NCBI GenBank assembly: GCA_965285935.1
Contig: OZ260663.1
Span: 109,678,001-109,742,000 of the forward strand
Direction: 5' to 3'
Source: Ophelia neglecta
Lineage: Eukaryota
DNA length: 64,000 bases
In this document: one piece after another, positions 50,727 through 64,000 of the stretch
Position numbering within the stretch: position 1 is the first letter of the stretch
Layout of the letters: every line of letters starts with the position of its first letter
Program-made: the position numbers and the translations under genes
Notes under the pieces: model-generated
Database searches by the model: none
What the model saw: the letters and a program-made list of their open reading frames with translations, nothing else
What the model was told of the DNA's origin: nothing

Positions 50727-52577
50727 TTCTATGAAGCAAAGGTCACAAAGACACTCGGAGAAATTCAATTATGGCCGGCAAACTTCAGAGAAATCCATTT
50801 AGGTCAGAAATCCACTGGCTTTGTGCGTTCTTCAGTCTGAGCACAGGCAGGTGGACTTAAAAACAGCTCAGGACAATTCACTCTGTGCACTACTGAAAAA
50901 CTTCGGAAATCGCAGGCAACAGCCATCATCTTAGACGAATTAAGATATTTTGGTTTTATGATGCATTGTGTTGTAGATATAATAAATGCGAATGTCATTG
51001 CGTATATTCATTCACACAGAGAACTTTCCGCAAGAAAGAAGGTGCACAATGCCAGGAAACAATCCATTGTTGTCAAAGGAATACAACATCAGTAGTCATC
51101 CAAACTACGTGAACCATGACCTTTGAGCTATAGACTAAATACGAAAACGTTTGGGTGAAAATAACCGAAAATATTTCAATCTCGGGGCGCAATTGGATGA
51201 AATAATGTGCAGCGCACAACATTATGCCGAAAGTTTAGAAAACCCGTTATGTAATTGCGCATGCTTGTCGGGTCTAATAATGAGTTTTACATTTCAAGCT
51301 GGCCACAGAACATACACGTCTGTTACTAAGAATGGTCCCGATGGGTTCCCGCATCCTGTTACAAAATATAAGTTTGTTACCGAGCGTGGTACCAGGCGGG
51401 TCTCGTCAGTCACGTCCTGTTACAGTGACGGGACGTGGTTTGGCAGGCAGTGGGGACCCTAATGTTTTTAGTTCGATGGGAGTATGTGTTGCAGACAGTG
51501 GGGCCTTATGAGACAGACACAGAAGTCCAGTTAGAGGGATATATGCAATCCAAATGTAATTTGGAAATGTCAGGTTTTTTTGTTCATGAAGTGCATTTCT
51601 TAAGATCAATATCAGATAGTCGATAGAACATTAATACCGACGTAGGTTAAGCATTAAGCAAATATGGGCTAAAAATTGTGCTCAATACTCAGTGCTTATC
51701 AGCTTTGGATATTTAGGTTCGTTCTATTGTTTATGATGGTTGTTAAGTATTATACGGACAATATTTATATTGGCATTGATTTCGTTTTCGTCTTCGTAAT
51801 CCAATAAATTTTTCATTTTTTAGTTTTAATAGAATTAACACTTATATCTACTCATTTATATTTGGCCATGAAATTGATTTACCCGACAGGCGCTGGATTA
51901 CGGTTACATTCTTAACGATATTCAACTATATAATCAGACTGATGAGCAGTATCTACAGGTAATAAAAGTCGTATAAAGGCTGTTAAACGTGTCCGTTTAG
52001 TCGTATTTGTGCATAATTTAGGCCGACAGGGCTTTTTATTTCTCATTAGATAAAATTTCCATTTGAAGATGGCGAGGCAAATATAAATAACTAGGTTGAA
52101 GAGTAACATTATTCTGTCTTCTGAGTAATGAAAGAAGGGGATTTGTATACAAAATAAGCCAATTCCTCTTGCATTGTTGCGAACCATCAATAACAAAGTC
52201 CGTCATAACAATGAACTGGATCAACAGGCAAAATTAAAGAAGCTTTAATGTCGGCAAACACCCACAGGGATCAAAGAACTAATCTGCTGTGCTCTGCGGC
52301 GTCTGCGCGGGGGCCGGCTTTAACGAAAATGTACAAGAAAAGAGAGGAGATGGAACGGGGTGATTTACTTTGCAGGGGGCGTAGAAGAATGAAGACTGAC
52401 TATGCAGTTAAATTAAAGAGGGTATACATCAGTGCAAGATAAATCACATATGTGTGCTTTTCATTTGTACAAAATAGACCACCTGCGAACGAGCCAAGAT
52501 ATTTCCCCATTGGGACACTGTGACAGTTCCATTAATTGTATTTCACCATATATTTTATATAAGCCTAAAAGTCCAAA

Positions 52578-54556
52578 CTGCCTGCCACACCAACTCCCGT
52601 CTTACAATAACCCCAAGAGACCCACTGCCTGCCACACCATCTCCCGTCATACACCAACCCCAAGAGGCCCCACTGTCTGCCACACCAACTCCCGTCATAC
52701 TATAAACTCAAGAGGCCCCACTGCCTGCCACACCAACTCCCGTCATACAACAATCTCAAGAGACCCCACTGCCTGCCACACCAACTCCCGTCATACACCA
52801 ACCCCAAGAGGCCCCACTGTCTGCCACACCAACTCCCGGCATACTATAAACTCAAGAGGCCCCACTGCCTGCCACACCAACTCCCGTCATACAACAATCT
52901 CAAGAGACCCCACTGCCTGCCACACCAACTCCCGCCATACTACAACCTCAAGAGACCCCACTGCCTGCCACACCAACTCCCGTCATACTACAACCTCAAG
53001 AGACCCCACTGCCTGCCACACCAACTCCCTTCATACAACAACCTCAAGAGGCCCCACTGTCTGCCACACCAACTCCCGGCATACTATAAACTCAAGAGGC
53101 CCCACTGCCTGCCACACCAACTCCCGTCATACAATAACCTCAAGAGACCCACTGCCTGCCACAACATCTCCCGTCATACACCAACCCCAAGAGGCCCCAC
53201 TGTCTGCCACACCAACTCCCGTCATACTACAACCCCAAGAGATCCCACTGTCTGCCACACCAACTCCCGTCATACACCAACCCCAAGAGGCCCACTGTCT
53301 GTCACACCAACTCCCGTCATACAACAACCTCAAGAGACCCACTCCCTGCCCCACCAACTCCCGTCATACAACAACCTCAAGAGACCCACTCCCTGCCCCA
53401 CCAACTCCCGTCATACAACAACCTCAAGAAGTCCCACTGCCTGGCAAACCATCACCCGTCATACAACAACCTCAAGAGGCCCACTGTCTGCCACATCAAC
53501 TCCCGTCATACAACAACCTCAAGAGGCCCCACTGCCTGCCACATCAACTTCCGTCATACAACAACCTCAAGAAGTCCCACTGCCTGGCACACCATCACCC
53601 GTCATACAACAACCCCAAGAGACCCCACTGCCTGCCACACCAACTCCCGTCATACTACAACCTCAAGAGACCCACTCCCTGCCCCACCAACTCCCGTCAT
53701 ACAACAACCTCAAGAGGCCCCACTGCCTGCCACATCAACTCCCGTTATACAACAACCCCAAGAGGCCCCACTGCCTGCCACATCAACTCCCGTTATACAA
53801 CAACCTCAAGAAGTCCCACTGCCTGGCACACCATCACCCGTCATACAACAACCACAAGAGACCCCACTGTCTGCCACACCAACTCCCGTCATACAACAAC
53901 CTTAAGAGACCCCACTGCCTGCCACACCAACTCACGTCATACTATAAACTCAAGAGGTCCCACTGTCTGCCACACCAACTCCCGTTATACAACAACCACA
54001 TGAGTCCCCACTGCCTGCCACACCAACTCCCGTCATACTACAATCTCAAGAGACCCACTGCCTGCCACACCAACTCCCGCCATACAATAACCCCAAGAGA
54101 CCCCACTGTCTGCCACACCAACTCCCGTCATACTACAACCCCAAGAGACCTCACTGCCTGTCACACCAACTCCCGTCATACAACAACCTCAAGAGACCCC
54201 ACTGCCTGCCACACCAACTCCCGTCATACAACAACCTCAAGAGACCCCACTGCCTGCCACACCAACCCCCATCAGACTATAAGCTCAAGAGCCCCCCCCC
54301 CCCCCTCCCCTACCTGCCACACCAACTCCCGTTATACTTCAACCTCCAGGGGTCCCATTGTCTACCATTCCTACTCCCATTAGACTATTAGCTCAAGAGA
54401 CCCCCTACCTACCACACCAACTCCCGTCATACTCCAGCCCCAAGAGGTCCCACTACCTGCCACACCAACTCCCTTCATACAACAACCCCAAGACGTCCCT
54501 CTGCCTGCCACACCAACCTCGTCATACAACAACCACGAGTCCCCACCACCTGCCAC
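52578..54556. repeat. 48-bp C/A-rich minisatellite (~41 copies)
   Basis: Unit CCCACTGCCTGCCACACCAACTCCCGTCATACAACAACCTCAAGAG(A/G)C. One-base indels between units shift the reading frame. Confidence 0.97.
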
Positions 54557-54939
54557 GAGTTATGAGTTCCGACCCGGCTAAGCCCATATCTCCTCCCACC
54601 ACTCCTCTCCTGAATACGACCCCATTCGACACTGAATGCCAATAAAGTCCTATTTTGTTTGAGTAATGGTTCGCCCTTAGGGTGCTGACTTTAGATTTAT
54701 TGTCTGTATTTGCAGTTCAAAACAGCTGCCCGTATATGAATACCGGTTTAGGAGGTCATGGCAACCATAGCTTACATCTCTCTTAACAAATCTCAAGCGT
54801 TTACCATAGGGCATTAAAAGCCCCCCTACCCCCACCCGCACATTTTCAGAGCCTGAATTCATAATAAATCTAATTGCCCGAATGACAAAATATAAAATGA
54901 CTGTTCTACTTTACAATTGCCGTCAGCAGGCTCACCCTG

Positions 54940-55383
54940 ACTATATAGTCGAAACTCACATCTATGAGGCGTGGCGCCGATGCCGAGCACTGTGTGCCTC
55001 ACAGTTTGAAATGCGCCAGACCCAGTTAGGGAAGCTTGCGACCAGAGCGGGCAACGTTTCCCAGTTAGCTAGTTATAACTAACATCAGCAACAGCAGACC
55101 TAGAAACACGACGATCTATCAACCACTAGCTTCATCCAAATGGGGTCCGTATAGAAGTGGAGTGCTACTTGATAGCAAGGATAAGGAGCTGGCTAGTAAA
55201 TCTTGTTATAGTTACAGAGAGCTCCGATTTGTACTTGAAGAATAGAGCGCCGATTCATGTATTATTGGATCTATTTCGATATAACAAACGGGTATCTTAC
55301 ACAAGTTATATGGCAAATATCCTATTGCGTGAAGCAATAAAAGGAAAACAAAAAAGGCTAGCATGCATCGAAACCAGGTAAGT
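54940..55383 (+). other. Candidate promoter/first exon ending in a consensus donor
   Basis: TATATAG at 54942, a locally CpG-rich stretch at 54965-55060, and a perfect CAG|GTAAGT donor at 55377/55378 preceded by ATG CAT CGA AAC CAG. Confidence 0.3.
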
Positions 55384-55782
55384 TTATATTCATTAACAAA
55401 AGTATTCCGTTCAACACTGAGTGTTATGGAACTAATGACGATTGATGCGGCCAAGATCATCATGCACTGTCTTCCAAGTTGTTGCGGATCAAAGAAAAAA
55501 GCATGTGTTAAAAGGAAGCTGTGCACCTCGTTCAATGAGTCGTTATATTTTTGCTAAACGGTGCAATTGTTGAGTTCATTTTTAAATTCCGACAGATCTT
55601 TTCTCGGCCGTTTATGTCAGATCAAAGTGTTGTCTTATTCCCTTTACCATGCATGGACCACACTCTGGAGAGAGAATAAAATTTCCCACTATTTATCTGT
55701 AAGACAGTGAGTGACCTTAAACAAAGAAACCTATATTAGCCTGTTTGATATATTAAATTTCCTTTAATATATGATATATATC

Positions 55783-55961
55783 CAGTGAATCCTGCCTTTA
55801 AGACCACCTTAATATTCAGACCACTTATGGTATTTTCCTTACACTAAAAGGAAGACAATACAGCAGACTTCCAATGTTAAACAACCAGTCTAAACAGACC
55901 AACTTAATAAACATAGGTGTTTTCCAGTCCCTTAGATGGACTCAATTCACGGGTTCCACAG
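55783..55961. mobile_element. Diverged, inverted copy of the 14784 Tc1/mariner-type MITE
   Basis: CAGTGAATCCTGCCTTTAAGACCACC...GGGTTCCACAG|TA. Same length as 14784-14962 and similar to its reverse complement. Confidence 0.8.
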
Positions 55962-57725
55962 TACATAGTTTGACCAATATCTTTCCGATGGCTAAAATAT
56001 CGTGACATCGTCTGCTCTGTGCAATTAGCTAATGGAGAAATGTGACAGTGTCGACACTACCATCTGTGCTGTCACACCCCTGTCATTTTCTCTGGGGCGA
56101 TGCCTTCTGTAACTGTCGTTTTAGCTTCTGTTATCCGGATCACGTACCATATGTTTCAGGTACCTGATAATTTGAGTGGTTGTAAGTTCAGTATGTTAGG
56201 TATTGTACTCGGCTGCAGGAGAATAGTAAGGATTTTGACCTTCACATGGAATCAATATATTCTTATACTGATGAATATTGACTCTCAGTTCATAACACTC
56301 CAGTATATACTACATCATATAATACAATAAGGTAAGCTACTTTAGACTAGGCCAGCCCAAAGAGCAATAGTCGTTCAGTAAGTGCTCAAAATAAAAAGGT
56401 GAGTCTATACAATAGCGTGCAGAACAAGCTATTATTGTAGACGTCGGATGCCAGCTTGGTCGTTGCTGCCGACCGACGACTGCCGACTGCCAGTTAGGAA
56501 CAATTGACTGGAGGCTCGGATCAACTGACTGGTGGTTAGTAAACATTGACTGGCACCTGAAGGAACATGATCCCTTTGTTGCCTCATGGAGTTTAAGCTT
56601 CCTTCGACAGACTGTCGTAGTCAGATGAGTCTTCCTGACAGTTAAAAAAATATAAAACTAGTAGTAATTGCTTTGATCTTCTGTCTGGATTATCAACTAT
56701 TGACTAGCAGACTGGTGTTATCCCAGTGTGTATATGGCCTGGATTACTTAATGGTTAACTCGCATATTAATCAAACTCACCCCCCCCCCCCTCTCCACCA
56801 GCAACACCTCACGTGATATTTAGCCTGGACTCGTTTGTTTTTGTTTTTTTTTTGCTCTGCCGCACATCGTGGAAAACTACCGACGTCTTCTCATGGCAAG
56901 TGAGCTGAAATTTAGTTTTTTTTATTACTAAGTAGGTAACCAGTGTATCTGCCGTTAGGGAACAGTTGATTGATGTTTGTGGGCATGCAGTTGATGGCTC
57001 TTAGTAATTTCTGACTTATTTCATGGAATATTCATGATAAATGAATTTTTATCTACACATGATAAAGAATTCTATGACTTTAACTAAATAATATAATTCG
57101 ATATGCAAAAGCCAGCCAACAATAAAAATCTTTCCTAACGTGCTGATGTCAATTGTCGAAGGCGATTGACAGGCATGATAGTTTAATCTAGGTTTTTCAA
57201 TGCAGGTTGTAGCTTCTTGGGTGTATGTGGGTCTTTCATGAAGTATTGATTGACATGATACATCAATTAGTTAAATGCTCTCACGACCTACTGAATTACA
57301 GACAATGAAGATGGTCGCGGTTTAAGTGATTGTCTCATTCCTGAGAGTGGCCATCGACGCTTCAGATTCTACAGTCAAACGAAAAAGCCGAGAGTATCGG
57401 CCAAATGGTCAAATTTATAATTGATTTATCCAGTGAAATAAGTGTTTAAAGTAGGATTGATAAATTATTTTTACAAGAGTTGAAAAGGTTGAAAACGCGA
57501 AATAGGTTAACAACAATAATCTATCGAATAAATTTGAAATCGCGAGGAAATATTTGCTGCAGATTTTCAAACATCTGTAAATCGGTAAACATCTGCCTAT
57601 AAGCTAGCGGGTAACATCAGGTCGTCTCGTAGGATAGATGTATATACCTGTGAACACGCCTGTTTGGAGTAGAGTACAAAACTGCGGAGCTTTCTTCTAC
57701 CCTGCATGATAACCTTCCACATACA

Positions 57726-58211
57726 GAGCTCGGTTGTTGGAAGTGTTCTTAATCCGAAAGTCGGATTAAAATCAGGATTAAATCGGCATTAACTTGCTAA
57801 TCGGGGATTCTGGAAGTTGGATTTGTTCTTGTAGGTAGCCACTTCGGGGTTAAACTTACTCCTGGTCAATGGAAGTAACGATTTATGGTAATCTTATGTC
57901 TACTTGTGCGGTATATTATTATACATTTTTTTTATCGGTTAGTATTTTCCACTACTTATTATCAAACAAATATTTTGTACGTATTTTGTTTATTTCCAGT
58001 ACTCATATATAAATTTACTGTTATATTATGGTGGCTCTCAAGTGAGGGTCTCCATGACTATAATTATAATTTTAACTTACCATCAATCATTGTACATGTT
58101 CAATTTGCTATGGTCGAATAAATGCATCTGAAAATGATTAAAGCGGTCTAAGCTAATCAGCAATAGGCTAATCTGATCCCAAATCTTTAGACTGCTTCCA
58201 GAAACTGGGTC
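57726..58211. mobile_element. Possible PIF/Harbinger-type MITE
   Basis: Imperfect TIRs GAGCTCGGTTGTTGGAAG ... CTTCCAGAAACTGGGTC, with repeated ggattaa/taatc subterminal motifs. Confidence 0.4.
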
Positions 58212-60584
58212 TTGCCGATTAATCAAGAGAAATGGCTTTCTCTGTCTCTCTCACAACTAATATAATTTATGATTCTGGTCACTTAGTCATTCGTACAGCA
58301 TAAAGTGAGAAAACATCTCTCTGGAAATAGCCGGTTTTCATAAGTAAGTGATGGAATGTCCAAAGGAGTGAGGGATAAAAGTGAGGGATACCACTGGATT
58401 TTGGACACGTTCTTTTTGGGCTGATGTACAAACTAATGATGGCAAATGAATATTGCGTCATTGTACTGCGGACTGGTGTACAAAGTGTACATGGAATCTT
58501 GCATATATTCATAACTGGGAAAAAGGATCGCACTCACTATCTCAGGTTCTATGCACCGGAACCAGTATGTGAATGTTATGTTGATGTTGTTAAGTTAATT
58601 TATGAATGGTTAATGTCAACTGTCAAAAAAGGTTGCAAAGGCCCTGTGCAATTTATAACTATCTCTTTGTATTTGCGTTTTTACCTTACAGGCAATTTGC
58701 TGTGAGGTTCACAGGTTATACATTTCCACCTAAGTTAAAATTGTAACAGCATTTCTGACATAAATATTTCTCTTTTGGGGCTAACAGATTTTCCAGTAAA
58801 TGGATAGTTTCTTTCTATATGATGTAGAAGTTATCAGAAATAGATCAATTTTCATTGCTTTTTCTTGCCAAGGAACCTGCCCACACTCTGCCAAGCCGTC
58901 CATAGAAGGCTGATTATTTTCTCCCACGTCTTACTATTTCCATATTATATCTTAAGTTATTTTGAAATATTGCACCTTGCGGCATACCTGAAGCCGGTCG
59001 AGTGTTTACGATGCTGACATTTCAAACAGACACCTGCACCAAGGATCTTTATTGATCTCCACGAGGCTGCCCATCAAACATGCTCTGCTGCTTTTTATGC
59101 AATGCCTTAGTTTCTAGTAAAATATTAAGGTAAGCCATACCTCTTGACCACGGCGTTGGTTTGTGGCTTCATTAAAGACATGTTAGGTTGTTTCTCTGCA
59201 CCAGTCAGGGGAATAAATAGCACGTCAGGATTAAGGAGATGTTTCTTCGACTTCGTTCCAATGGATACTAATCCCTTCGAGTTTAATTGATCTGGCGCTG
59301 CTATTCGTTCTGCTTTATCAGTCACACCACAACACGTTGTTTTTTTTTCTCGAAGGATTAGGGTTTTGATTTATTTGAAACGAATGAAATGACATTTTTT
59401 ACTCTTGTAATATCGGCTTCAGAAGAAGTAGATGCTTACAAATACCAATGTAGATTTTTTGGCAATTTGGGCATATGAGCCACCGAAACCTTAGGAAGTC
59501 AATTCAGCTACTCGTATCATGGTAGCAGTCCCAATTACCAAATTTCTTACAATACCCACCGAGGAGTGGGGACTGGCAAATGCATTACCTATTCAAGGAA
59601 TTGGTCGACCAATACCAGATACACTCCGGTTTAGCCATATGTAGTCTTAGAGTACAGTTATCTAGACTTCATCTGCCAATACGTATCTATAATTCACTTA
59701 CTGTACATGCCACAATAATTAGGTTGGTCGAGGTTTATATCAGGGACACTAGGACACACAGTTGGAGCTCCGCCTTGACAGTGTCAGGCTTTGTTATGGT
59801 CGCGCTGTAAGGAAACGGGAGAGCATACCCAACGGACAATAAAGTCAACAAGCCATGTGGAGTCTTATATTACCTATTGTACCTGTGTGCACAAGAAACA
59901 TTTCATAAGAACCTATTTTAATATGGAGTATCGCACAATCCTATTTATTCTACAATAAATTACCTCGATCCATGAAAAGTAGGTAACCATAATATTTTTC
60001 TTTTTGTTCCGTTTGTTTTTGGCGTGTATTAAAGCTCTCACTATAGATGGCAAGGCTGGGTACACTTGACATCATGTCGACAGTCGATATTACACGCAGG
60101 ATGCTTTTGTTTTGCTTCAATTTGCTATATAGAGAACTGACACAAGGAAGAGAACACTTCAAAGGGCAGAAACAAACATAGTTTTAGCTAGCAAATAGAA
60201 ACAGGAGGTAATGCATTGACAGTGTCGAACCACTGTTAATAACGGCCATTGATCTTCAAGACAATGACTGCTTGTTCTGAATGACAGTGAACTACAAAAC
60301 CGAGAGTTCGATTACGCCGGAAATTTCACAGACATTGGGAAACTGCGTGGCTATGATTTCGTACAAGAGAGGAATCCCGTATAAGGGGCGTCCCATATAA
60401 GGATTAATCTATTTAAGGGAGGCGCTATCGGATTTCGTAGTTGAACTTCGTCTAATGTAAAGAAGCACCTCGACTTAAAGGTAGCCTATTTCTGGGATCT
60501 CATTCTATGAACGTAGTTTTTAAGGACAATCCCGTTTATGAGTGGAAATAAGCTACACAACTTAGCTTAAGTCGACACCTACCT

Positions 60585-61232
60585 GGAGATAGAAAACCTA
60601 ACTCACCACAACCCATGAAAATAGAACACGTATCTCACCGAAACACATTATAATAGAACACCTACCTCACACAACGCATGAAAATAGAGCACCTACCTCA
60701 CACAACGCATGGAAATAGAACAACAACCTCACACAACACATGGAAATAGAACAACTACCTCACACAACCCATGAAAATAGAACACGTATCTCACCGAAAC
60801 ACATTAAAATAGAACACCTACCTCACACAACGCATGGAAATAGAACACATACCTCACCATACCCCCCCCCCCAAAAAAAAATAGACCATCTATCTCATAC
60901 AACATATGAAAATAGAACACATACCTCACACAACACATGGAAATAGAACAACAACCTCACACAACACATGGAAATAGAACACATACATCAGCCTACCCCC
61001 AAAACAATAGAACACATACCTCACCCTACCCCAAGATAATAGAACACCTACCTCACACAACTCATGGAAATAGAACAACAACCTCACACAACACATGGAA
61101 ATAGAACTACCTCACCCAACACATGGAAATAGAACACATACCTCACCTTACCCCAAGAAAATAGAACATCTACCTCTGCAACGCATGAAAATAGAACACC
61201 TACCTCAACCCAACGCATAGAAATGGAACACC
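60585..61232. repeat. ~31-bp C/A-rich minisatellite
   Basis: Unit GAAATAGAACACCTACCTCACACAACGCATG, about 20 copies. Confidence 0.93.
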
Positions 61233-63139
61233 TGGATCTGTTGGTTTTCATTTCCACTTCATTTATATGGTACCTGTATAATAGAGGGAATCCATCATAC
61301 GGAGCATGAATATAGTTTAATTACAGATCTGCCTTTGTGTCCGAGGGCACAATTAACTGGTTAAGAGCTCTATTTACAAGTGAGATCGTAAATCCAGGCT
61401 ATGTACTCACTAGCATTGTAGTTACAGTCATAACCCTGTATAATTACGCATAACGGGTCAAAGGGTAGTTACAAAGCGTCGATGGGTCTCATTAAACATG
61501 ATATCCGATGTCGACAATAGGCCAGGGACATACCACTTAACCACATACAGCAGAATGCCATTAGTCAGTCCTGTATTAACGGCCAGTATGGAGGTTCTAC
61601 AGGATACAGCCATTTGGTGATCATAATGATAATCATACATAAAATATGACCAGTTATCTGCAAATAGTAGCCAATTGAAAGAGCGATTAACTGCAGAAAT
61701 GAGCATGGAACAGGCAATTACATGACAATTGGTGGGTTTTCAGCAGTCATACAAAAAGAGAGCTATCTCTATTTGTAAGCAGACTTCCAGATGTATGACA
61801 TCATGGTCTGGCCGTGTAGCCATTATTAGATAGATTTGTATGACTTGTTCTAGATGTGACAGTCCCACCTGGTAACACTGTACTTCTTTCACCAGTTTGC
61901 TGGCCGCAGCACTTGTGTATTATAAATGCCCGTCCTTTGATGTGACCGAGTCTAATGCATTTCATAGTACACGCGGTATTATACCCTTCAATGCAAACTC
62001 TTAAAAATAGTACATTCTATCAAAGAAGCATGATAGATAAGTTAGATAAGTGATAAGTAGTATGACGATTTTTGAATCGGTGTCGTTTACAACAAAATAC
62101 CATAGACGGGCTTAAATACAAATTAAGTCCTGCTATTTATCATTCGAATTCACCGGACTAACCAGGTTTATGAACCTCTCCTTCTATATGGACTGGTGTT
62201 AATACTGTTTATCTGGCACCAGGTGAAACTGCTCAGCCACGCCCGTTAAAATCAATTTCCCATCTGCGTCCATATCTGCGCCGGCGGCTCCTGACCCGTG
62301 ACCTATGACCTGTGAAGTACGTAATATAACAACGAGCGGGCTACATTCTTCATATTTTGGTTGATGTATGGTTCGCCTTGTCAACGCCGCCTCTTGATGG
62401 ATTGCCCGAGGGTCGTCGGGAAGCACTTGTCAGTTGGTTGCAAATAACGTTTCTCCCCATTTCTAACCCTTTCGTTTGAGGTAGTTTTGAATCCGATAAA
62501 ACATTTGTTGTGAACATGTCAAGCAGAAATCCCATGCTGCCATTCGTAGACAACCAAAATTGATACAAAGCGAACAAAACAAAATGATCAATCAAAAAAC
62601 GAATCCGTTATGGCTGTCCACATTGATCAGGAGGTGCCGACTACAAGCTCAATAAACACTAACCTGTCTTCAGGTAAAGAAACGCACTAATAAAGTAAGC
62701 TTCAATCAGTGGTGTCTTCCATATTTGCACTTTGGTTGGGTGTACATGTGTAATATAATTAAAATCTGAAACTAACAAAACACTTTGAATATTTCTTGTC
62801 ATGATTTTTCAAGTATTTTATTTCTGTTATCTGCAATGAAAAATGCCTGTTGATTCATGTTAAGGCACTGCCTAGCCACTGAGTACTGTCAATGATTCAC
62901 CTGAATTGATGTGTGTATGCTGGAGTTCCAACTTGGGAACTTGTAACTGTGGGCCAAGGTCCGATTGTATATTAATCATCCTTCGTAATCCGAAAAAAAA
63001 TCATACATACACGTCCATGGCCAGAGGCAGTAGGCCACCCCCTTACTACAATCGAGTCTTGTTTTAGGTTTTCCCTTGTCTACTGGTTATTGAGATATTA
63101 CAATGGAGGCAGGCTTTAGTGTTTACAGTAGAGCTGGTA

Positions 63140-63468
63140 AATGCGATATTCAGTGTTCTCACTATGACTGGGCAATGAGATATTAAGTTTTCTCACAAGA
63201 GCTGGATAATAAGATATATTTAATGTTCTCACAAGGACTGGATAATGCGATATTTAGTGTTCTCACAAGGACTGGATAATGAGATATATTCAGTGTTCTC
63301 TCTAGGACTGGGAAATAAGATATTTAGTGTTCTCACTAGAACTGGGTAAGATATTTAGTGTTCTCACTAGGTCTTGATAATGAGATATTCAGTGTATTCA
63401 CTATGATTAAGTCATGAGATATTAAGTGCTCTCACAAGGGCTGGACAATAAGATATTCAGTGTTTTCA
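63140..63468. repeat. ~35-bp minisatellite
   Basis: Unit GATATTTAGTGTTCTCACAAGGACTGGATAATGA, about 9 copies. Confidence 0.9.
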
Positions 63469-64000
63469 CAAGGATTTGATAATGAGATATATTCAGTGTT
63501 CTCCATTTGACCGGGTAATGAGATAGTTAAAGCGACCCTTACCGTGTACACAGAGTCCCTAGCAACCTGGCAGTGTTTAGTCCCTAACTAATAGCCCTCG
63601 TATAATCGAGTAATGACCTGCTTGTTTTGGGTTGATAGTATAACTACATTAGCAAGAGGTAAAACTATGGTTTAATGCGGACAACGCACTATTAGGTCAA
63701 GTTTAAGATGACTGCTCAGCCATATCTCCAAGAGTTAGTGCGACGTAAGGGGTTTTTATGGCTCACAAACCAGATCTGTTATCGTTTAATGTTAGGTCTG
63801 TCGCTGCTAGGTGATGTAAATACGACGGTTTATGTTCATTAGTAGCGACCCTTCGCATCCACCAATCCGCGGGCGTTTCCTGCTACCGTCCTCCCCTACC
63901 CCATAGTGAACGCTATCTTATTTTTTTATTTATATTATGTTTCTACTTTGAAGGTATTCACATCAGGATAATTATTCCATTTGATACAACGCTTTGACCA

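Noticed and set aside
52432-54645. 523-aa and neighbouring mucin-like ORFs as a real gene
   Set aside because: They coincide with the 48-bp array, and the peptide switches among all three repeat frames through 1-bp indels, so frame is not conserved.
61458-62595. THAP-like (LPDDPR...KYEECS) and transposase-like (YGGSTG) fragments as one element
   Set aside because: The motifs are weak and lie on opposite strands.

Overview
AT-rich, repeat-dense animal genomic DNA, probably from a marine invertebrate (lophotrochozoan-like, inferred from the SINE and LINE types). I recognise no intact multi-exon host gene, and most ORFs in the track are chance ORFs or tandem-repeat artefacts. Best-supported content: (i) a young, 5'-truncated CR1-group (L2/Crack-like) LINE with an open 308-codon RT C-terminal frame, nested in a tRNA-derived SINE whose TSD is still visible on both sides; (ii) two more copies of that SINE; (iii) TA-flanked Tc1/mariner-type and Harbinger-type MITEs; (iv) decayed RTE-X-like, I/Nimb-like, CR1-like, Gypsy and ISL2EU/Harbinger coding relics, visible only by reading across frameshifts; (v) about 17 minisatellite arrays with units of 12-132 bp; (vi) a tandem segmental duplication (41009-46383 / 46385-50726) whose junction lies at a 13-bp minisatellite. 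There are also a candidate 36-nt microexon and a candidate first exon. I found no convincing evidence of a novel biological system. All family assignments come from motif recognition by eye, not database searches.
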